A DNA stretch of 62,343 nt, filler included, from Sphacelaria rigidula (GCA_964200075.2; 9 parts of 9 records of this genome joined end to end with filler, not necessarily neighbours in it), one strand, 5' to 3'; shown: positions 35,005-48,468, numbered from the whole stretch's first letter. Numbers and translations: made by a program. Notes: generated from the sequence alone by a model not told the origin.

Positions 35005-38000
35005 TGAAGGGCTCCCACACTCTTCAACTTCGTAACCAACCCAGTCGACCAACACGATCAACGATCGATTGTCTGCTTCTGCCACTCGGACAATACCAGC
35101 CATCTGACATTGCCCCTGATTGAAAGAGTGCTGGTACACGTCCTCAACATCAGCCGTAACATGGAGCTGCAAGTCTGCATAAAAACGCAAACGAACTACA
35201 TGGGAGGTCTGAACACGACCCGAAACAATGTTCTGGATTTCAAACACGTGCGGGTGGTGAGCACCCACCACTCCTCACGAACCAGTCCACGTCGCCATCA
35301 ACTTGGGCGTAACGCCCGGACGACGCACGCTTGCATACAAGACATAGTCGCCTACTTCAAAACTCGGCAGTTCCAGCCCCGACGAGGACCCCTCATGTCT
35401 ACGCGCAAGTTGAGCGGCAACACGTTCCTGCACTTGAACGCGGAAACGTCTTGCAAGTCCAAGACTCCTTGCAATGCACGCTTAACTTGACCATCATCCA
35501 AGACGTCACAGTTCCATTTCCCCTCCAACGAAGACGCCAACACCGAAAAAGACGTCCGAGGGGCACGACCAAACATATCGTGGTACGCCGGACTGTCATA
35601 ACGACGACGATACGCTGTATTGAGCGGCCATTGCACCGCAGGCAACACGTCCACCCACTCGGGAACCGCTCTACGCTGCTCGAGAAGAATAGAACGGAGA
35701 GCACGAACTACTCCCTTGACCATGCGTTAGCACTTGCCGTTAGACCACGGAGAATACGCCACAGCAAAGTGGTAAAGCCTCTCGCAATCGGGCCAAGATC
35801 GCATTCTTGAGATGCGTGGCGGTGTCACTCACCCACACATGCGGCACCCCCAAAGACTTGCACCAATTTCGCAAAGATGCAGCAGTCGATTCAGCAGTAC
35901 ACACTGTTACCGGTCCCACAGACACGACGTTGCTGAAATCACCCATGATTACCAAAATGTATCGGAACCTAGCATCCTCCGACAAACCTTGGGAAGCTAG
36001 CGGGCCACTCTCGCCAACGTACAAGAAGTCAAAATGAAAGACTTCATTCGGCATGGTCTCATCGACCGTTTCACCGATCGGGCGGGGAACACCATCGCCC
36101 GCTCTCGAGTCCGCACAGTAAAGACTCTGGCGGACAAATTCGCACACATGAGTTTCCATCCACTGCCAAACACAAAACTCTTGCAAGCGCATGGGCGTCG
36201 CAGCCACACCACGATGCCCGGCGTCGCGCATGTGCGTCAGACGTACCTGCAACTGCTTGTCAGAACTCGGAATCCACGAAACGTTTCGGCCACGCACATG
36301 CACACGAAACAGACCTTCATTGTCCAGGATAGCAGTACCAACATCCGATTCGAAAGATTGCATATCCGCATCTTCGGCCTCGAGGTCTTTCCGTTGCGCT
36401 TGGCGGACAACAGATTTGGACGGCATCGAGCCATCAGGTTCACACGGGCCATACACAGCCACAGCGCGCATAGGCAAAGTCGGAATATTCACCCAACGCG
36501 AAAGCAAATAATCCCACGCGTTACCTTCGCCCGAAATGTGGCATATCAAGTAACGATACTGGCTAAGAGCACCTTTCCAACCCTCCAAACGTTATGCCAA
36601 CGCCTTCGACACAGACGTAACGCACACTTCCGGGTTGAAAATATACACGAGATTTCGGTGATGTGTGAAGATGTGCATGCCATCCCACAAAAGATGCTCC
36701 AAGCGACGAAAAGTGCTCACGATAGCAAAACCTTCCTTGACAATTGTGGCCCAACGCAACTGCGAACCCTTGAAACTACCACTGAGGAAAGCCAGCGGTT
36801 CATGCGTCATATCCTCGACCGACAAGCGTCGTTGTATTTCAACTTGAGGCACCTGCGTGACAAACTACCCCAATGGCACTCAGAAGCATCCGGAAACATC
36901 AACACCTGGCAATCAGGACGAGGATCGAAGAGCGTCACGGCATGGGCCACCAGACCCTTCGCTGCCGCCCACGCCTGCAGCCTGCCCTATGTCCACGGTG
37001 TAGGCGGAATGGCGCGGTTTTTTGCCACACGCTTCGTACGCCTCGCAGCACCCGCCATGAGTTCTTCGACAAACAAAGGGAAGGGAGCTACGATTTCTGC
37101 CATACGCAGCAACGAAGTACACAGCCAATTCACGGCCTGAAGGAATTGCATGAGTTCTGCGGCCATCTCCGGGCGCCGCATGTCAGACAAGCCTTGCGAA
37201 CTGAAGGGATCGTGAGATACGCGTCCGTGTGAGTACGCTTTCCCACATCACACGAGTTCCCTAGTGAAACAGGCACACTTATGCGCAGCCGCAAACAAGC
37301 CAACACTCTCTAATCGAGTCAAGATAGCATCAAGCGTGTCGAAAAGTTCGTCTTTCGTGTCCGCGAAGAAAAACACACCATCTACCCAAACCTTGCATTT
37401 TAACCCGACGAGAAGTTCTGCCACGATGCCTTGAGAATATACCGTGGCATTCAGCACGACTTGCAGCACTCGCTTCGGGGTGAACAAGACAAACGGAGTC
37501 GTGATGGTGAAACTCTCCTGCGCCTCCTTCGCCGTCGGCATCTACCAGTAACCTCAGAGGAGGTCCAACTTGCCAAAGAAACGAGCACTCAACAGACCAC
37601 GCATGTCCGACTCTTGGTTGGGCATCGCACCCGGCGACTGCTCAACCTGCTCATTCACTACCTTGTAGTCGCTTACCAGGCGGAACGAGTCCTTCTTCGG
37701 AACCACCATAGCCGGACTGGACCACATCGCCGGCAAGTTCCGGAACACCAACCCGAACGCCAAAAGAGCTGCCATGCACGACGCCAACCAACTCGACTTC
37801 ACCGGATCGTACCGCCGCGGCTTCGTCTTCACCGCGGACGCCCCAAGTTTGAGCTGAACACGCATGGGCTCCACTCGCGCAGGGGGATCACCCCGCAGCG
37901 CACGACGAAACGCGTTGACGCGGCGATGCAAGATGCCGCGCAGGCGCTCCGCTTTTGAGACGCTTTGGCTTTTCGCCACAGCATCCGTCACGCTGTCCTC

Positions 38001-38942
38001 CATCGCGACCTTCCGAGTGGACACCTCTTCCGCCGGATCCATGGACATCTCCGGGCCGCGCTCCGCCAAGCGTTCCACCGTCTCACCCTGCTCCTCGGTG
38101 ACCTGCCCCCCAGCCTCCTGAAAAGCATCCACCGACAAGTTCACGTGACGACTGCCCGAAAAGGCGGGCGTCTCTACGCGCGGATCAAGCGAAGACATTC
38201 GCGTCTTCTTGGAGTCCCACGACCGCGCATACGGGTCGACTCCAAGATCCTGAAGCGTCGGCAACCCCAGAAGAGTGACACCATCCGACCTCGGCATGAT
38301 CGCAAGCGAGATCGGAGGCAACGGCGCCGCCCCCCAGGGAGTCGTGAAAGCCAGCTGCAGCGGAACAGTACGCGCCGTGACGGAAACATGCTGACCTGAC
38401 GTGGTGACGGCCTGCTGCGTCCCGAGCAACAACGGAATGTGCAGCGGCACAATCGGGAAAATACGCTCCAACATCTCTACAATCTGCACCGACAGACTCG
38501 TGAAGTGGGCGTCAGAACCCAACACAGCCCGAACCGCAATGGCTCCACGCTCCCGTTAATTTGGAAGACACAGCTCCGCAGAAAGATACTTGTCCGCAAA
38601 CTCCACTGGCACTTCATCCGCCGACCAATGCGTCGCCAATCCCATTTGACGCCACGGCTGCGTAGGCTGCGGAGGCGAAGACGCCCCGGCAGGTTCAAAC
38701 GGCACCGCCGGCGGGTATGATCCCCAGCCAGCAGACCAAGAGTTTGGCGAACTCCGACCAGCGCATCTGCAGGCGTCGCGTCTGGCGCTGCTGCCGGCGT
38801 CGCCATCGGCGCCACCACCGGCGCTGGCGCAGTGTTCAACACTGTAGAAGTCGGTCCCACCTGCACCGCTCGTTGCGGAGCAGCTGCACCTACGGCGGCG
38901 CCGGATCCAGAACCAGATCCATGCTGACGCCGCTGTCGCTGT

Positions 38943-38977
<35 letters not shown>

Positions 38978-40458
38978 AGAACTGGACTGCGACTCTCCAC
39001 CGCCGGAGGATCCGCCGCCGTTGCCACCATCCCGATCACCTCGTCCTTTCCCCAGGTGTTGACGATGCTGATGGCGCGCGGCATGAGATTGCTCAGACTC
39101 TCCATCGGAAGATGTTGGGCAATCGCCCGCGTGATGGCCGACCTGGCCACAGCGGTGGCAAGTAATGGTCGCGGCGCGGCCGGCCGATTTCGAGCCGTGG
39201 TGGCGCAAAGACTTCGGCGAGGAGGTAGATGACTGGCTGAACACCTCTATCTTCTGCCATTCTTTGGCCTCGACCACGACGGTATTCATTACAAGATAGG
39301 GGTCAGCCTTCCAGTTGGTCTCGTGCTGCAACTTAACGAGCACGGCTTGAATTTTGCCAGCGCCAACCCCTCCACCAAAGCCTTGGTGACTACTGTAGTA
39401 GGGCCGGGAATAAACTCACCATCGGGGGAACGATATACCAGTTTAACATTCGGATTTCCCGTGAAGTACTTCTCCACATTGGAAAGATTGGCTCTAGCCG
39501 CTCTAGCAACGTCTTTCCCCGAGAATCCATGGCGACAGTTGTCGCCACGGCCGCAGACGCTTGGGTCAGCTCCACCTCGGCGCCCGCCGCATGCCCAGCA
39601 TGCGTTTTGATCGCAGCAACCAATTGCGGCGGGGTGATTGTGCTCTCATCATGCCCCACACGAGAAAAAACGCTTTGGACTTGTGTTGACACTTGTTGAG
39701 CCATCGACACCACCTGATGCCGCACAGCACCCCCTGCGTTAGCGTGTTTTACATGCTTCTTGTACTCCACATACTCAGTATAAAAAGTGCGAGATGGACT
39801 CTTGGAGTACCTATCCCCGTATTGGGGAGGTCGCAACTCTTCCCGCATAACCACGGGCGTCACGCTGGACGCAGCACACGAGCCGGTCGCCATAGCAGCA
39901 GCCGGCTACCTGCGAATATTTCGCAGGCCAGCGGACCGTCGCGAATTGCACACTTCACCCTTCCTGTGTCGCCGCACCGCACAGTCGTAGGAGCCTCTAT
40001 GCTCCCGCTGCACGCAGCTTCAGCAAGTCTCCAGTCTGAATCAATCACAGCCCAGCCGCCTTTCTGCAGCAACCTCAGCTTGAACCCCCTCCACGCGTCC
40101 GTGATAAATTTGGTTGTCCCCAGCTTTCAGACTCTTCCGCCGAAATTCTTCCAGCAGGTTCCGTTAGGTACCAGCACTGTATTCGATATTGTGACGCCAG
40201 CCACAAGAAGAACTGCTGGATCACCGATGTTTGAGGCACTCCCCAGTCTCACTGGCCTCAGTTTCAGTCGTCAGCCTTTACAAAATTTCATTATCCGGAG
40301 TGCCCTTACATGCACAACCTCATAGACCCGTCAGGGTATCATCCCCGTGTCCCCGGTCATTATCCAGAATCATCCCAGAACCCTCAAGAATCCCCGTGTC
40401 CCCGGTCATTATCTAGATGATCACTACCAACTCAACGTACCGGCGTAATTTCGTCACG
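35005..40458 (-). mobile_element. Decayed Ty3/gypsy chromovirus-type LTR retrotransposon (5' LTR ~40190-40458; gag-PR-RT-RNaseH-IN-chromodomain)
   Basis: Zn knuckle CHRCGQVGHHAGDC. RT: FRLVSDYKVVN, FGKLDLL, VWVDG. RNaseH: PLAFLSGSFKGSQLRWATIVKEGFAIV. Integrase: HMRDAGHRG, FHFDFLYVG, WVSDTATH. Chromodomain: LVDWVGYEVEE/WEP. Many frameshifts. The LTR is bounded by TGTGACG...CGTCACG. Confidence 0.95.
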
Positions 40459-42305
40459 GGTCATCGTTAACGTTGGTACTGTCTTTCTCAGACTTTTCCG
40501 ACTTTTTCGGGAAAAAAAACATCCTCCCCGAAAAATATTACAGCAGCTTTCTCAGCCAGGTCAAGGAATAGAACAAATGAGGACTCTGACTACATACATG
40601 AAAAATCTGGCGTTTGGTTTTTGGACAATAGAAGAAAAAGAGTACACCCTGATGGTTTCGCAATAAAAAAGGGGTAACGCATGTTTCGCATTGGGGCGCG
40701 GCGCTGAACGCGGGCTGAACACCTCGAAAACACGCTCCAGCGCCTTAGCCCCACGCCCAAGATGTCTGGACAGCATGCCCGGCCATCTTGTTTCGTTTTC
40801 ACGAGTGCTACTAGGCTGAACTACGCCGCCGAAAATGAGAGCCTGTGAGAGTACCCTTTTTTGTAAATAAACCAGGAGGGTACACCCTGCCCTCTACTTA
40901 AAATGTATCTTCTACCCTTCTTCGTTCACCTGTTGATCCACTTTTGTGAAGTGGTGACCGTACCGCTGGCTCAGCAGAAGATACGCCGAGCAGTCACAAC
41001 CGTAGCCATTTTCGGTTCAATAACACCCCACCAAAAATAGGCCGAAACCCAACGACCAAGTGAGTCGAGTCTCCTGCTAGTTGGCCCGAGGACCCGGAAA
41101 ATCCAACGATGCATTCAGGGCGCTTGAGTACCGGAACTCACAAAGATTAAACGAACACATGTGAACCTCTTGCCGACACGCCCGCCCGCACGGCGTCACA
41201 TGGTGACAACATCAGACCCTTGCGGCATCTGCAATTTGCGGCTCAGGAACAAAGATTGGCACCGACCGGATTCCGGATTGGATGAAGAACGTCTGAATCC
41301 GATTACGTAGACTGTACAATCGAATGTCCTCCTCCGATCCTCGCTGTTGCATCCATGTTCATTTTGGACCAGCACTACGATTTGGGCCAGCCTAGAAGCA
41401 GATTCGTAGTTTGCAGGCAACAGTGTTTTCGTAAGATTGAGAGCGAAAAACGGCCAATTAGTGAATGAATGGTGTCTCTAGAGGAAGTACAGCAAACAAC
41501 TCCGTAGCTTGACGTGCTTCGATCCAAGCTNNNNNNNNNNNNNNNNNNNNNNNNNNNNNNNNNNNNNNNNNNNNTTAATTAATTAANNNNNNNNNNNNNN
41601 NNNNNNNNNNNNNNNNNNNNNNNNNNNNNNGTTAACGGTTTTGTTTTTTTATGGTTTTCTGCATGATAATTTCACGGGAGTGGAGGGGGTTGCGCTCACT
41701 ATTCTGCAAAATCAGCACACTCTGGACAATATATCTACCTTGTCAGCAAGCGTACTGCGTACAGTATGGAATCCATTGTATATTGCAGAATACTGTACGC
41801 AGTACACTTTTGACAATGTAACCCATTGTGTCCAGGGAGTGAAAAATCAGACCTTGACATAAGGGCTGTCCGCATGTGCAGCGCAGACGACAAACTAGGT
41901 GATACAAAGTACATCTACACCACGCCGCGAGGAAGAAAGAAAAGCCGACACAAGAGCATCCCGAGGACTGTACCGTGAGCACCCCACGAAACCCACGGTG
42001 CCCATCCACGCTGTATCACGCATCCCCTTGACACCAACAGCATGCCCTCAAAGAAGATGACGGTAAGGATGTGATGCCCAGAGAGCTCGTTGTGCACATT
42101 CAAGTCAAGTGACAAGCAAACACTGGACAAAATCGATGCTATGAGCACACAATCTGCTTCGTGCGTGATGGGCCGAAGAAAGGCGTCGGTACATACCTCT
42201 CAGACGTTGTCTCAATGTACCAACTCGAGCTTATTCAGCTTGTAGACCGCCCCCCCCCGCCACACACACACTTTCAACATAGTGCCATGTTCCAACCAAG
42301 CTCAC

Positions 42306-44390
42306 GAGATATACGATGTGGTCGGGCTCCGTTGCATTTCCGTCTCTGTCGCGGAAGTCGCCGAGCTCCCCGCGCAGTTCGCGAAAGAACGTCACCCCCT
42401 TCTCTCGCAACAACTGGTGCGAGTGTACAGAAACAAATGCGAGGTACATGAGTCATTTTCCAGTGATTACGTGTGTGTATGCCTACGAGAGCCGTTTGTG
42501 CCTTGACATCAGTGTAAGATTATTTTGTGGTGAACATCCCAAGACCCGCGCAGTAAGCGAAGGATTGAGTGAAGGAAATTGGTTGGGTTTAGGTGCACCT
42601 GAGCACTCGTGGGACAATTTCAGGTACAGCTCCGGTACTCACAGAGATCGACTGCCTTTGACACTGCAACCTAGGTGGCCGAGACAGCACAATGCCTCAT
42701 CATGGCCGCAAACCAAGTAGCTGTACCTGAATCTCAAAGAGCGCCTGAAAGAGGCGAGCGACAAGTACTGGAATTTCGCTCGACAATCACGAATATGTCG
42801 GCAATGCTACGGTAGGGGTTGTACTTTTTGTTTCTGGGGCTCTCCGTCTGGTAGGAGCACAAATATATGGGGCTTACTCTACAACCCTGACCCTTTGGGA
42901 ACCGGACTCCCACAAACATGGTGTCTGCACGCAGAGGCTTTTTCGTGAATCGGCATCATTTTCAGTATTTTTCGAGTGAAAATGATGCCGATTCACAAAA
43001 TGACCCATCCAAGACCCCGAGCAGCCCGAGATACCTCTTCGCTGAAAAAGTGCGACTCCTACCGTAGCATCACTCATGTATCCGATGATGGTTTCAACTC
43101 GCACGCTCTCACATGGGCCCTACAGTAGGTGGCCCATTACAAATATATCCAAAATAGCTGCTGTGGTGGGCGATATTGTGAGGCAGAGCTTGGAGCCCAC
43201 GCAATACATGTCTCTCGACATGAGGGGTGATGCCGGCCAGCAGAGACGCGATGCTCGACCACAGCGTCGGTTACAGGTGTTAAAGATCAGCAGAAAATAA
43301 TGATCCGCAAAGAGGTCTGACACACAAAGGGGTTGAAAAAATTAGGGCACGATCGGGGCGCCTCTCGAAGACATAACAACCTTGCAGTAAAAACCCCGAC
43401 AGCTTGGTAAGCCACCCCCGTCTACTTCAGTCCGATGGTTCACACGAGCGATCAAGCAAGCAAACTGACTAGGGCATTGCGGTCGAGACATTGCTCAAGC
43501 ATTGGTAATGAGGTCTACACACAGCAAGTCTACGTAGTGACGAGGGGGCAACAAAGCCGCAAGCAGCAGTACCGCGAGTTTTAAGCTGGGGATTGGCCGT
43601 TTCAACCGCGGGAAAAATTGCTCATGCAGAAGGGTGATGAAAAACAAATATTCCAATCAAGACTACTCCTAGCGCATGATATTATTTCATTGCCTTCCGA
43701 TGATTGCTCATACGGGGACCCCCCACTGCGGCGTATGCTACTAATTCACACAAGCACGACTACCCTCGCTGATGAATGTTTTAGGTATAACGGTAGTCCA
43801 CTAAAACAAAAGAAGTGTGCGTGTGTGTTGTCGTCCCATCTATTCTGGACGCCGGTCTACACCTTTCCGTACATGTGGGCGCAGCAGCCGGGTCACACAG
43901 GAGGAACGTCTACACATAATTTTTTCTTCTCTAGTTTTGTGTTGCTACTCCACCTTCCTCCTGCGGTGCTTGCCTTTTGTTTTTATCGCGAGAGGGGTTC
44001 AGCAGTCCCTTTCCCTCGTCGACCGTGAAGTCGAATTTTTGAGTACCCACGACATAGTCGCTCTCCACTATTGGGCACGAGAAAAAATCCCGGATCGCTC
44101 CGAGATTCGAACCCACGACCCAACCGTCGGAAGGTTTCGAGGTTACCAACCGAGCCACTGGGGCAACCGACTCAACAGAAGAGGAGAAAAAAACAGCAAA
44201 ATATATGCATACCAACCTTTGATCCCTCCGGTATGACATGGTTGAGAAGCCCGCCGATATGGCTCTCCAGCACGAGGCATTTGTTCCCCGGCAATGACTC
44301 CAACAGGTCCACAAGCTCCGCCCTTCCCTCCTCCCGAAGGGCCTCGAGTGGCAGCGCCGCGCCGGAAAGGGATGCCACTCGCTTGGACAT
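42306..44390 (-). CDS. VPS33: Vacuolar protein sorting 33 (Sec1/Munc18 family), exons 1-2 (44390-44217, 42413-42306), partial
   Basis: MSKRV...LEALREEGRAELVDLLESLPGNKCLVLESHIGGLLNHVIPEGSK|LLREKGVTFFREL...DHIVYL|gtgagc matches the Vps33 N-terminal pattern (L.....G.K.LVLD..L...L......LL.EHGV....VYLVRP). The GT-AG intron is phase 0. Confidence 0.85.
43815..44164 (-). mobile_element. tRNA-derived SINE family A, full-length copy in VPS33 intron 1
   Basis: The reverse complement aligns end to end with 1543-1899 (A box TGGCTCGGTTGG, B box GGTTCGAATC, tail GTCCAGAATAGATGGGACGACAACACAC). Confidence 0.88.
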
Positions 44391-44960
44391 TTTCCCGCTC
44401 TTGGTAGCGACGGCTCAAAACTTTGTGCCTGGAACGTAAGCAGAAAGTGTTGTTTGATACAAGGAAAAACAAAAACGGTGCACACGTTTAGTGCACCTTT
44501 TGAGCAAAAATGAAGTACGAGTTGTGGTATCACTCAGTCGAAAAAAGACAATATCGTGCGTCAGCTATTGGCAAGTGTGTGTGTCATTTGCCAAACAGCC
44601 TCTTTTTACCCCTTTTAGAATGAATATCCTTCACCATCACCATCCCGATTTCCATCCATCCGGGGGGCAATGAGGCACCCAACCACGGGTTTCTCGAAAA
44701 CTGTTCACACCCTGGATAATGGCAAGAAATAACACTGCCATAAAAATATACTGCGTACGGTATAAAATCTATCTTCTACTGCAATGGAGGAAATGGTCGA
44801 TACTGTACACAGCAAACTTCTTGACAAAGTAATCCATCGTCCAGGATGTGACACTGCTGCGGCCAAACGGCCCAAAGTTGTGTGATTGAGAAAACATTTC
44901 GCCAAGATATCCAGTGGATGGTATCTCACAGACAATAATGCGCGGCATGATAACCGCCGC

Positions 44961-45265
44961 GCCTCGGTAGTCTGAATTAAAATGGTGCAACTGACACCAT
45001 TAGGATGGAAAGGACGCGGGTTCGATTCCCTCCAGATGCGTTCATCATGGGATCATCCTCCAAGAATCTCTGGTTTTCCGCCGTTGAAAGCGTGAGGACG
45101 TGAGGAAGCAAAAATTAGTTTCAATGACTTCGATCGCTTGACGACAGTCGACGCGGTGCGGGAGTGCCGATCTAACCCGCGAGACTAAACCAAAATGCAA
45201 CACGTGTACTAGGGGAGAGATGGGTTGATTCCTTGATACCACGCACTCCACAGGAAGAGGTATGA
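44961..45265 (+). mobile_element. SINE family B copy
   Basis: GCCTCGGTAGTCTG...TTAGGATGGAAAGGACGCGGGTTCGATTCCC head with an intact B box. Body GACGCGGTGCGGGAGTGCCGATCTAACCCGCGAGAC. Confidence 0.8.
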
Positions 45266-47687
45266 CGAACAGATTTCATATATATATATATATATATATG
45301 TACAAGGTTCCCCTTCGGGAGGTTGGTACTGGCCTCCCGGGGGTGACGCAAGCCGAAAATATATCAGTGTTATCCCTTTTTTCATATTATAGAGGCATCA
45401 GTGTGGGAGAATATGTATTTTCCAGTAGATACTGTCATATCCCGCAGTTCCAATTGTTTTAGACCACGAGTGGAGATCATCACGGGAAAAGGGGAGAGCG
45501 TCGCGAGCCTCGCGGAATTTTTTTCTCCGATTTTCGGCGGGGACGTGCGGGCGGGAACGCACAACCCCGCCCCCCCGCCGGATTACGCGGCGGCCACCGG
45601 CCGGAATGTCGGCGCTATACTCGACCCGGCACAAGCGACACCAATGCCTCCCTACAAGGTATGCTGGTCTCTCGTGCGCTCTCGCGCGCCGGGTGAGTTC
45701 GATATACTCGATAAATCAACGACACCGACGCCTCGTTACAGAGTTTGCGTTCCTCTCCCGAGTCCGGGTGAGATTTTATATACTTCATGTATGCGTATAA
45801 GTATTTACATATATATATATATATATATACGACGGAAATTGAGCTCGATGGATTCCTATCGGGCTGGATCATAAACAGTACTAACGATACAATCAGCGTT
45901 TTAACCTTTTTCGCGAGAGATCGCACGATGTAATAGACGTCATATTGCCATACTGTATACGTGCAGATAGTCCTTCTGTGCTCATACTTGTGTAGCACAA
46001 CGCAGGCTGTATGCTTTCAAGGGGTAGTTTTGAACGTTCTATTTCTGATCCCCGATGGCAAGTACCACCTCGTCTTGTAGAAATCCCAGACAGCCATATC
46101 TTTAAGGTTTCAGGTGGGGCTATCAAGCGGCAATGTTCAGAAGTTTTGAACGTCCCAAATTGGTGTAAGGATCACAAGTCGAATCCCGCGGCATTTTTTA
46201 CACCTGTACAGGCCGCGAGCATAGGTCATCTGTTGAATCAACATCGATTCCACTTGCAACATTACTGCATAACCAGATGACCTATCTCTCGCGGCCGAAG
46301 GGTTTAGCGCACTAGGCCCTTTTCCCGCATGCGCTTCGCATATTGGCATGTATGTTATATTTCCGACATTTGGCGCATAAAACATGTGTCCAATTGCAGA
46401 TGATTTCATGTACTTTTTACACGATTAAACGGAGAACGGTGCATATGTTGAGCAAAAAAGGCCATTTCTCAATCGATGTTACTGCCGTGGACCATGCTCC
46501 AATTTGATACAACTGCCGTTCGTGCGCTGCAGGCGTACGATAGGGGATAGGGGGCCACCAGAGGAACGGCGGTAGGGGGTAGGAGAGAGCGTAGCACGGA
46601 GTTCACAGAGGCATCAACTTGCACGTTAGAGGTACGCTCGCATGTTCAAACTCTACTACTGGCTCAACTTACTTGTGATTTCTACACCCTACAGGAGGGC
46701 ACATGGCGGCTGCCCACGAAGTTTTACGACACAGTGTTCCACAGCATGGGGATACAACAGTATCCAATCTCTACGATCATGGTGCAAGGTTTTCCGCGTC
46801 ATTGGTGCCCTCGACTGGTATCTATTCCGAAAAACAGCATAAATCAGACACATTGGGTACTTACAGCCCCGTGAATCTGTCCATTGTAGCACATGGGCCA
46901 GTTATCCAGAGCAAGCACAAGCAACTCGTCCCGTGTGAAATGGGTCAAGATCTACGACTCAATGCTACCGCACGCAAGGACGTGAAAGCTGCTCTGTGTT
47001 CTTCAGGTGGAGAGTCCTGAAACATACGTTGCATAACACCCCTGTAAATGACCTGGACAACCTCAGTATTCTCGAAGGCGCAGTATCGGTGACATCATCC
47101 CTTGCATCATTGAACACAACTCGTCGAGATTTGCCTATGGGAGCACTTTTATAGTAGCGTTTACACCAGTGCAAGACCTTTCCTCTAGAGGATATCGAGG
47201 TCGGATATTGGATCACGACGGTGCCGGTACAGCAAACCGAAGCAATATCACTGCTGTCCTGTCTGCCGCTACATGATGGTGAGGCGTTGCTCCACGTAAA
47301 TGACTCACGGGGTGTGAAGCTGAAACTCTTGCATAAATAGTTCTTCTCACCTCCGTAGTAATGTCGCCCCATCCAGTATATCATGAAACTGGGTAGTTGG
47401 CACTTGCAGACGGGTAGCAGCGGCGGAGCAACCTGTGAATTTTGTGCTTCTCAACATCACCCTAGATAATCATTGTCTTCAGCCCCGCTTGTCATCGTGT
47501 TTTTCTTCGTTTCCCTCATCATATCCCTCCAACAATCGACATCAATACGCAAAATCAATCCTTAGTCCGAGTACTTCTTTACTCCAAAATGTTCTGTTTT
47601 ATGTAGCGGGGGGAGCCCTTGAGACCACGGACTCGTGCCAACGAAGATGAGGAATTGGAAGTATGCCCACATTGGATACTACGTGGT

Positions 47688-47998
47688 GCCTCGGTAGTGT
47701 AATGGTCCGACTGTCGCCGTTAGGGTGGAGAGAACGGGGGTTTAATCACCGATGCGTTGGGTTTTTTCTTCGTCATATATGATTTCCGCCGGGGAAAGCG
47801 GGAGAACGTGAGTAAACAAAGTGGTCGACCAGGTTTGTGTGACGTGAGTTGACGCGGTGCGGGAGTGCTGAACCAATCCGCGAGACCAAAATGACAGGGG
47901 CGCACCGGGCGAAAGATGGCGGATTGGTCCCTTGAGATCCCGGATTCATCCCGAGGAAGGGGAGGGGTTCAGAGTGTGAGGAAAAATAAAAAAATAAA
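47688..47998 (+). mobile_element. SINE family B, full-length copy with A-rich tail
   Basis: Head GCCTCGGTAGTGTAATGGTCCGACTGTCGCCGTTAGGGTGGAGAGAACGGGGGTTTAATC resembles tRNA-Pro(AGG). Ends GTGTGAGGAAAAATAAAAAAATAAA. Confidence 0.82.
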
Positions 47999-48310
47999 CT
48001 AAAGAAAATGGCCAATTTTTGCAATAGGCCAAGGGTCTGTCGAGATAAATTTTTCGGGCACGGAGCCCCCCCCCGCCGCGCCCCCCCCCCCCGCCTAACC
48101 CTCCAACAGCTAAACCAAAAAAAAAAAACAAAAACNNNNNNNNNNAAAAAAATTGCTCCATTTTTCGAACAGGCTCAGGGTTTGTCATGTTATTTTTTTC
48201 TCGTCCGGAGCCCCCCCCCCCCCCCCCCTCTTTTTATTTAACCTACTATAGACATGAAATAGAGAAGGTAACCCTCCTTTTTATTTAATCTACTATAACA
48301 CAGCCCGGAT

Positions 48311-48387
48311 TATTATCATTCTTATTCTTATTCTTATTTATTATTCTTATTATTCTTATTATTCTTACTATTATTATTACTATTCTT

Positions 48388-48418
<31 letters not shown>

Positions 48419-48468
48419 TGATTATGATTATGATTATGATTATGATTATGATTATGATTATGATTATG
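48311..48468. repeat. Compound microsatellite (TTA/TTC/ATTATG)n
   Basis: Directly visible. Runs to the scaffold end. Confidence 0.95.

Noticed and set aside
36034..37140. 368-aa plus-strand ORF and other long ORFs opposite gag-pol
   Set aside because: These are antisense shadows of the GC-rich gypsy pol and carry no domain motifs.
31525..44390. Functional cluster of ABC1 kinase, retroelement and VPS33
   Set aside because: They lie on three different scaffolds, so the adjacency is artificial.
45900..47400. Decayed coding or viral sequence (also 190-1000, 29400-30400, 53600-54470, 59400-59800)
   Set aside because: Only short ORFs with no recognisable motifs. A translated search would be needed.
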